Origin: Eledone cirrhosa
Lineage: Eukaryota
DNA length: 64,000 bases
Direction: 5' to 3'
NCBI GenBank assembly: GCA_964016885.1
Contig: OZ024743.1
Span: forward strand, 238,080,001 to 238,144,000
Below, one piece after another: positions 53,137-64,000 of this stretch. Each line of letters opens with the position of its first letter. The first letter of the stretch is position 1. A program made the translations under genes and the position numbers. The notes beneath the pieces are model-generated. The model did not search any database. It saw only the letters and a list, made by a program, of their open reading frames with translations, and had not been told where the DNA came from.

Positions 53137-53170
<34 letters not shown>
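47115..53170 (+). mobile_element. Tx1-like retrotransposon, copy 4 (best preserved)
   Basis: ORF1 ~47320-49444 (S/N-rich, CFRCGSKTHLRAFC); ORF2 49480-52896 with a 710-aa open stretch (QGCPLS, YADD, CPRCAQGDETVLHALVQCP); frameshifts in APE; longest (ATT)n tail. Confidence 0.93.
50453..52585 (+). CDS. Reverse transcriptase + zinc-finger portion of Tx1-like ORF2
   Basis: Open 710-aa frame with non-LTR RT motifs including SAYADDV; part of a frameshifted ORF2. Confidence 0.85.
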   Translation: MLAAKLALDQFFNAKHEGCVVRARVRALRHEGTKAVQWVRVAEERRGNKATIRSLVDHDGRMLLDPGQMCEAFQRYFAQLFGGSGGQGRGMDFSVYFDGLPRLSATEAECCEKPITAAEVREAMTGCTRGKSPGLDGLPYELYVQMPDLFGGLLADVYCNWQQNGSIPSSVSRGAVALLRKDPNKGDNIDNFRPITLLNTEFKILAKVLAKRLALVVGGLVREAQTCAIPDRSIHDNLHLMRYIVERVAREHGTGGSLINLDQSKAFDRVDHRYLAAGLRAAGFGPVFRGWIAAMHSDICSVVRVNGHLSEAFKIMRSVRQGCPLSSLLYVLTLEPLLHKLETLRGVPRELGCGRSVSAYADDVTVVVSNAKHIEAIGTTLREYEAVTGAMINQEKSVGLQLGTWRGRSMPSNSVVGRWTDGPVKLLGVWFGPDLQTDKNWDEVTSRVASLTQKWAERKLSLKDRAEVANTYIASVICYRLTVVPCPKPRLTALERLLFRFLWKGRAPMVRRSICCQHPLRGGLGMPWLMMRRHALRLRHLHLFLDGDQVWSPFARHVFPQLVSLTELQSWVKRRPRGSAWRLECLQALTALDQSGNVIGGNSTSAFYRGLVEGKSDDVLGETLGVDENQLANLFGRTFGPGPMDNFQKSLAWQCYRGALPVRDKLYRHGGAVSRACPRCAQGDETVLHALVQCPKIADFGFISNTCCRV

Positions 53171-53457
53171 GGACGCATGTGTATGAAGACGTATAAGTCT
53201 GCGGGGGAAAAGTTTCGTAAATTTAAGCTGTTTTAAAGTATCATTTTTTGTATTTTCTTGTCGTTAACGAAGCATAAGGTACCACCTTGGTACCAAGGAA
53301 GGGAGACCTCTCAATATTCTGGCTTTAAGCCTGAATATTCAGATTTATTTTCAAAAACTTCGAAAAAAAAAACGCCCCCCCCCCCCAATGGAATTTTTGA
53401 CTTTGAAACGGTAAACAATGTACAGGTCAAAAGTTCAAAATCAGCCACTGTAGATCT

Positions 53458-53490
<33 letters not shown>

Positions 53491-53659
53491 AGATTTATGT
53501 TAACTCTAATCTAACCTAAATATTATGTATTATAACACATAAACATACAAACATATAACTCCCACATAGACACACACATACATAGGATCTATTCACCATC
53601 TGGTCCCTTGAAAGGACCTAGAAATGTAGGAAAAGGTATACAAATGTATCACCTCTCCC

Positions 53660-53880
53660 ACCATCTTCATCATCAACAACACCAACAGCATCAGCATCAC
53701 TATCATCATCAATAACAACATCTACAACAACATCAACAGCACATCAACAACATCATCATCATCAACAACAGCAGCTACATCATGAACAACAAAGATATCA
53801 ACAATAACATCAATAACAACATCATCATCATGATCATCAACATAATCATCAGCAATATGATGAACAATAACAACATCAGC
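53660..53880. repeat. Degenerate (CAT/CAA)n low-complexity tract
   Basis: Seen directly. Confidence 0.8.
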
Positions 53881-53894
53881 ATTCTTTTTTTTTA

Positions 53895-54190
53895 AAATTA
53901 GGCACAAGGTTAGCAACCTTGGAAGGACAAGAGGTTTAAATGGACCCAAATATACCACTGGTACTATATTCTATTGCCCTCTGTTTCAGAAGAATGAAAG
54001 GCAAGAATTAAACTTGGAATGTAAATTACCAGAACAAATACTGCTAAGCATTTGTTCGATGCTCTAAAGACTCTGAGCACAAGGCCAGCGATTTTATGGG
54101 AGAAGAAAGTCAATTAAATCGACCCCAGTACTTGACTGGTATTTTATTTTATTGAGCCTGGATGGATGAAGGGCAAAGTTGGCCTTGGTG
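53895..54190 (-). mobile_element. Two diverged SINE fragments
   Basis: GGCACAAGG, ACTGGTA(C/T)T and GATGAA(A/G)GGCAAAG remnants in antisense. Confidence 0.6.
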
Positions 54191-54259
54191 GTTTCCCTTT
54201 CCCTTTCCTTTATATTATATTTGTTTGTGTTTTCATTCTGTAAGCCTTGTATTACTATA

Positions 54260-55075
<816 letters not shown>

Positions 55076-55355
55076 TTTTTTTTATACAACAGTCAATAAA
55101 ACCATATAATTTCACTGAATGTAAAAAGCAGGAACAAATACCGCAAAACATTTTGTCTGACACTCTAACCATTTTGTCAAAACTAATAAATACTAATTTC
55201 TGTGGATATATCCACATTGCTTTCTGGCTCCAGCGAATATAAGTATTGTACTGAAGAACTATTAAAGTAAAACTACAAAATCAAATATATCGTTGTATGT
55301 TCGTATCGTTTCCCCTATTACTAAAGAAACTTTGGTTTTTAATTATAAGTATATA

Positions 55356-55872
55356 TGTAGCGAAATCTGTCCACACCTTGACCTCTGAGTGACATTTAAC
55401 GGTCATTTTGGGAGTTATCTCTTTTCGGGCGTCAACAGATCTGAGAGTGGACGAGCTATAGAGGTCACCCCTTTGTTCTCAAGGCTTGGGGACAGAGGAC
55501 GCGACAGAGATAAATAGTCTGTCTTAGATCAAGTCGGGCAGTTCGAAGCAGTTCTTGATAGAGTAAACATGTAAAACATTTGCTTTCTACAGACCCGTAG
55601 GGGTCTTACAGACTCTTACTTTCTCTTACTCTCTCTCACTCAATCTCTATCTCTTGGTCTCTCTCCTAACCAAGCCAGTGAAGTTCATGAAGTTTTCTTG
55701 GTAAATAAAATTTAATTCTACTTTTACAAACAAACAAATAATGTACATAATCCTGTGTATTTTTCGTATAGCTCCGGCGTGAGCTATTTTCAATAAATTA
55801 ATAATATAGTGGTTTGGTGTCACCCTGGTTCATTTATATGTATTCATTGTCTGCGTGATCAAGGAACTATCA
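55356..55872 (+). mobile_element. Possible solo LTR
   Basis: TG...CA ends, TATA-like GATAAATAG and AATAAA signals; TSD imperfect (tata/tatc). Confidence 0.3.
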
Positions 55873-56149
55873 TATCATCATCATCTTATTGAACACTTAC
55901 TCACTTACCTACACACATGCAACCTCTGGTCACACTGTATCACACAACAGTGACCACACAACACAGCAAGCTACAAGTGAGCACGCACGCAACAAACGAA
56001 TAAACACCATAGTAACCAACACGACCATAAAAAATAATCGCTATATATATATATATATATATATACATATATACACATACACATACACATACACATAAAT
56101 ATATCTATATATACATATATACACACACACACACATACACACACACACA

Positions 56150-56500
56150 CAATAATGATTAACGTTGCTGCGATCGAATGTGGCTTTTTAGCCCGGTCAA
56201 CGGCAGTAGCCGGCTGTGGTTGGAGTTCATGTACTTTTGCATGTCATTTGAGCCCTCCTTCTGATCTACACTCTCTTCCACATGCTTGGCAGGCATGATG
56301 AGTAGCATCTCCAACAGCAGCCTGGTAGTCAACCACTGGCCTCACTTTATGACTGCAAAGATGACTTTCGAGTCCAGCTTTTCTGAGGCAGAGTCTCGCA
56401 CAGACGCTACAAGCCAGCACCATAGGAGGACCCTCGCCGTCTGGAATATAACAGACCAGCACGGCAACTCCGATGATTTTCCAGCCTGTACCGACTTTCG
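56150..56500 (-). mobile_element. LINE 3' end with two C2H2 fingers (RTE/BovB-like)
   Basis: CSVCARLCLRKAGLESHLCSH and CQACGRECRSEGGLK*HAKVH (internal stop); short ATT tail. Confidence 0.6.
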
Positions 56501-56771
56501 AATAAAACAGTTGCTGTTTAATTTTTTTTGTTTGTTTTATTGACACACAAATACCACATAGCTTCTCTTCTAGAAGTCTGCAGTATATCACTTTCTTCTT
56601 TCTTATGTTTTTGTGTATTATATTTGATATATTTTTGTATATTGTATTTGTTATATGTGTTTATATTTGTATCTTATTTCTGAAAGAATTGTTATCAATT
56701 TGTAATGTTATTTATGTATATAATTTATAATGTTCTTTAATTAAGTGACAAAAGCATATATATATATATAT

Positions 56772-57333
56772 ATATTGTTATGCTTTGGGAGGGTCATGTT
56801 GCCAATAAGAAACACACGCACCAGTTGCTTTCACTCCAATTTATTATAAATGAAATTTATAAATTTAAGAATTTATAAATTTCCGGTTGGTTGGTTCCAT
56901 AACCGGACGGTTGTTCATATATTGTCAAAGTTCTTTCGTCACACATTCTGTGACCTCTTCAGTGACTGGGGATTCTTTTCTTTGTTTGGTGCCTCTCCTT
57001 TGTTCTGTCCTACGCCATCTTTTTTTGTGTGTATTGTGCAAACTAAGCACACAACACACACAAAAAACAAAAAAACAACAAGATGGCGTAGGACAGAACA
57101 AAGGAGAGGCACAAAACAAAGAAAAGAATCCCCAGTCACTGAAGAGGTTACAGAATGTGTGACGAAAGAACTTTGACAATATATGAACAACCGTCCGGTT
57201 ATGGAACCAACCAACCAACCAGAAATTTATAAATTCTTAAATTTATAAATTTCATTTATAATAAATTGGTGTGAAAGCAACTGGTGCGTGTGTTTCTTAT
57301 TGGCAACATGACCCTCCCAAAGCATAACAATAT
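56772..57333. repeat. Near-perfect ~560-bp palindrome (two ~250-bp arms)
   Basis: 56772-57021 is the reverse complement of 57080-57333 with few differences. Confidence 0.93.
57135..57177 (+). ncRNA. Minimal hammerhead-like motif (mirror copy on - at 56924-56966)
   Basis: gtca-CTGAAGA-g-gt(t/c)aca gaatg tgtgac-GAAA-gaac-TT-tgac; stems I and II pair; extra G after A9 and U at the cleavage position. Confidence 0.6.
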
Positions 57334-57387
57334 CGGTTTCAACTCACGTTTTCAGATAAAGAATCTTGCTAAACAAATTCAGAAACG

Positions 57388-57457
<70 letters not shown>

Positions 57458-59727
57458 GAATTAAACAAGATTCAATGAGTACATCAAATAATAAGTTTTA
57501 CAGTAGATTGGAAGCACTCTACAGAAAACATTTTCCAGAGTTATTAATATTAAAATATAAATATTAATAAAATAGATGTTCTTTTGATCAATTAAATCAC
57601 AGATATGGGAATTTTCATATTAAATACGATAAATAGAAAACTGCCGGAGATTACCGGTGGTTTATATAGGGACGACATTTTATTTACGGTGGTCAAACAC
57701 AACAATATTGAACTAAATAGAGTAAAGAAAAGTATAATAGAATTCTTTAAAATGTATGACCTTAAGTTAGAAGTAGAAAATGGTACCAAAATAGTTAATT
57801 TCCTAGACGTTACGCTGAGCTTAAACTCTGGCTTTTATTACCCTTTTCATAAGCCCAATGAAAACTTAACCTATGTTAGTAACCATTCCAATCACCCAAA
57901 ATCTGTAAAAAAAGCTATAGTAAATAGTGTGCAAAAACGCATTAATAGAATATCAGCTAATAAAGCTATATTTGATGATAATGCAGCATACTACAATAAT
58001 GCGTTAAAAAGAGCAGGATATGAGAAAAATATAGAATATGTACATAATAATAATCCAAGTTTTAATCCTGAAAAAAATAATGGCATATATAAACGAAACT
58101 CTAATAATTATAATTTAAACACCCATACGCCAAACAAACTGAGGAAAAGAACTAGAACTAAATCAGTCATATGGTTTGCCCCCCTGAATCGGTAGCAGTT
58201 AGAACACCAATTGCAAAATTATTCTTTAATGCTTTGGGCACCTCTTTCCCTACTCATCATAAATACCATTCCATTTTTAATAGACATACCATTAAATTGT
58301 CTTATTCTACAACTATGAATATGGCCCAAAACATTGCTAAATTAAACACTAAAATTCTAAAGCAGAATCAGGATAATGATCTTAATAATAGCGTTAACAT
58401 AAATGATAATAAACCAAAATGTAATTGTAGAAATAAAATTGATTGCCCTCTGCAAAATAATTGTTTAGATAGTAATTTGGTGTATAAATGCACCGTAAAA
58501 ACTGATTACAACACATACAACTACATAGGATCGACTTCTACATTTAAAGCCAGATTTGCGAATCATAAATGCTCATTTTCGAACTCCAAGAGGAAATCAT
58601 CCACTTCTTTATCACAGCTTATATGGTTATTAAAAGAGAAGAATTTAAAATACTCCATTTTTTGGACGAAACTTCGGAATAGTGGAATTTACCGCAACTC
58701 AAGTATATCAAGTAACTGCACGCGTTGTACAATGGAGACCCTGTTGATTATTAATAATTATGAGACCTTAATTAACAAAAAAGTGAATTATTCTCTAATT
58801 GCCTTCATAAAGCCTTGTCTACATTTCAAGCCTCCCATAAGACCAGGAAAAAACACTAAGCAACTAAACTTGGTTTTTAGACGTACATAATCAACAGTTG
58901 AAAGCCTTAATGGCCTTTAATGTTGCTTTATCTTATAACTATCTATAAAAGAAATAACGTTTGAATGAATGACACTTGTTTAATAACATGCAGACACGTT
59001 GATATGCATAACATAATATTATTAACTTTGATCCATACCATTATTTCTCTATCTTTATTTTTCTATCTTTATTTTTCTATCTTTATTTTTCTATCTATGT
59101 TTTAAATATAGTTCAAATATCCAACCTGTAAATTTTTACTGACCTTATTTTGAACTGTGAATCATTCATGCGTTTACACTCCTTTATTTATATATATGTA
59201 TGTATTTAACTTTTGCATGTTTTTAAGTATACCTATCTTTATTTTTTTATATATGTTTTAAATATAGTTCAAATATCCAACCTGTAAATTTTTACGGACC
59301 TTATTTTGAACTGTGAATCATTCAGGCGTTTACACTCTTTTATATATTTATGTATTTAACCTTTGCATGTTTGAATCTATTATATAAGATTATAAACGTT
59401 ATCATTTACCAAAAGTATACTGTCTCATTAATACTTAGTATATCTCTCTATACCTATTTTTTTTTGTAAATATGTGTATATTGTATAATAGCAAAATCAT
59501 ATTATTACTTTCGTATATCTCTGCATTTGGGTTTTTACATCTATATTTATAATGTATAATAACTTAATCATAATTACCGTTTCGGTTTAACGCTATATAT
59601 AGTTTGTGCAAATATAGATATATTGTACAATAACATATCCATTATTTAGGTTTCATTCCTCCCATGAAGGTAGAACTAATATAGTGATTTAATATAATAT
59701 AATAAATATTAATTTATTACGATAAAT

Positions 59728-61695
<1,968 letters not shown>

Positions 61696-62424
61696 ATATA
61701 TATATATATATATATATGACTGAAAACTCTGCGTTAATCATTATACTTTAGACAATGTATCTACTTGACAATAAATTTTTCGATATTTCTAACAATAAGT
61801 ATTTCATAAATTTTACATACCGAAAATGTTGACACTCTTATAGGTAATTTTTGTTAAAGATTACTTTTAAGGGATAATTCAACAGTGTATATTTCTCTTT
61901 CGCGGGCCTAGTAAATCCTTTAATTTTGTTTTCATAAAATTCAGAATTTTAGAAATATGACACATTTAAAAAATTTATAAAATCTATAAAATTAATAAAT
62001 ATAAATAACCATCAACTTTTAAAAACTTAAAATTTTGATTCTTCACCCTAAAATAACATAAATTAAATATTTTGAACTTAACCGCTTAGTCCATAAGGGG
62101 AAAAAATGTTTCTGCATAAATTACTCCCTTTTATCTCTCCCTCTCTTTAATCATCTATTAGTAGCCTTCATAAACTGTAATAAAATTATAATTCCAGAGA
62201 CGTCTTCCTCGATAATCATAATTTGTAGTATCCCACATTTTAAAATCTCTATAACTGTTACATTAAAGCAACGTTTTTGTTACTCATACCTTCTCTATTG
62301 AATTTATTACGTTTTCGCATTTTCTCATTATTAGGGTATAAATGTTGAGTTTTCTCATAGGTTAATCACTACCTTGATTAAATCTTAGCCATTTAAAATC
62401 TCAGGGTATGTCATGTATCATTAT

Positions 62425-62469
62425 ATTTTGTCTGATGAGGACGTACCTCTGAAATATGTATAATAAAAT
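62425..62469 (+). ncRNA. Minimal hammerhead ribozyme motif (pLTR of the 57548-62520 element)
   Basis: attttgt-CTGATGA-gga cgtacc tct-GAAA-tatgta-TA-ataaaat; 7-bp stem I, 3-bp stem II, near-palindromic stem III. Confidence 0.7.
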
Positions 62470-62512
62470 TTAATTGATCAAAAGAACATCTATTTTATTA
62501 ATATTTATAATA

Positions 62513-62571
<59 letters not shown>

Positions 62572-62739
62572 TTTTGTCACTTAATAAAAGAACATTATAA
62601 ATTATATACATAAATAACATTACAAATTGATAACAATTCTTTCAGAAATAAAATACAAATATAAACACATATAACAAATACAATATACAAAAATACGCAT
62701 GTATATGTGTGTGTGTGTATATATGTATATATATATATA

Positions 62740-62770
<31 letters not shown>

Positions 62771-62780
62771 GTCGTTATTT

Positions 62781-62974
62781 TAGGCAGTGGATTGGCAGTA
62801 TCGGTAGAGGGCGGACGTCATGCTTTGACGCATAGAGTTACGGCCCTTTCCCTTCTGAGTTCAAATCCCGCCGAGGTCAACTTTGCCTTTCATCCTTACG
62901 GGGTCGATAAAATAAAGTACCAGTAATGTACTGGGTAATTGCTGGCCTTGTGCCAAGTGTAGAAACAATTATTA
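62781..62974 (+). mobile_element. tRNA-derived SINE
   Basis: Full A box, B box, core and tail; directly follows an (ATT)n tract. Confidence 0.9.
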
Positions 62975-63190
62975 TGTTTTTTTCGTGCAATGGCCATACT
63001 CGATAACGAGGGGGCTGCCATCATGTATGTACTTTAAAAACCTTCAAAGCACAGGCATTGCTTGTTCTAGATTTGTTACAGGTTCGTGTTGCTGGCTGTG
63101 CCCCATTTTCTGCAATCTGACAAGAGATTGCAATACTCTTAGCAGAGTTTGCAGTCATTATATATGTATGTATGTATGTATGTGGATACA

Positions 63191-63382
63191 GGGCGGTGGA
63201 TTGGCAGTATCGGTAGAGGGTCGGACGCCATGCTTTGACGCATAGAGTTACGGCCCTTGCCATTCTGAGTTCAAATCCCGCCGAGGTTAACTTTGCCTTT
63301 CATCCTTACGGGGTCGATAAAATAAAGTACCAGTAATGTACTGGGTAATTTCTGGCCTTGTGCCAATAGTAGAAACAATTAT
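63191..63382 (+). mobile_element. tRNA-derived SINE, full length
   Basis: GGGCGGTGGATTGGCAGTATCGG start and GTAGAAACAATTAT end. Confidence 0.9.
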
Positions 63383-63399
63383 GTATGTATGTATGTATG

Positions 63400-64000
<601 letters not shown>

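Noticed and set aside
31812-53170. Array as a simple tandem duplication or an LTR element
   Set aside because: Copies differ widely in ORF1, UTRs and lesions; APE-RT-CCHC order with no LTRs, protease or integrase.
56244-56591. Host C2H2 zinc-finger gene
   Set aside because: Stop within the second finger, no linker array or splice context, and it ends in a LINE-like tail.
56850-57218. Near-identical ORFs on both strands
   Set aside because: A by-product of the palindrome; no recognisable protein motif.
63191-63285. tRNA gene
   Set aside because: The A and B boxes belong to a SINE head that continues into the SINE core and tail; no clean cloverleaf.

Overview
AT-rich, repeat-dense eukaryotic DNA. 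The SINE, RTE and Penelope repertoire suggests an octopus-like cephalopod, which is an inference. The only host gene visible is the 3' half of an SLC22-type organic cation/anion transporter. One exon (PESPRWL) lies on + at 3792-4265 and is interrupted by a SINE with a 19-bp target-site duplication. The next three exons, with matching splice phases, lie on the - strand (19789-17143), inside a ~9.6-kb spacer flanked by ~4-5-kb inverted duplicated arms (7296-11203 and 20840-25744). The dominant structure is a ~21-kb head-to-tail array of four divergent Tx1-like (L1-group) non-LTR retrotransposons (31812-53170), each joined to the next through an (ATT)n tail and preceded by two SINEs and an RTE joined the same way. 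All three intact ORF1/ORF2 junctions carry a GGTAAGT splice donor, and splicing to the first downstream AG would fuse ORF1 to ORF2 in frame. The local tRNA-derived SINE shares its 3' terminal motif with these elements. The rest is RTE, CR1 and Penelope fragments (several with minimal hammerhead ribozyme motifs and nested inverted repeats), non-autonomous Helitrons, piggyBac-like and pogo-like MITEs, and microsatellites.
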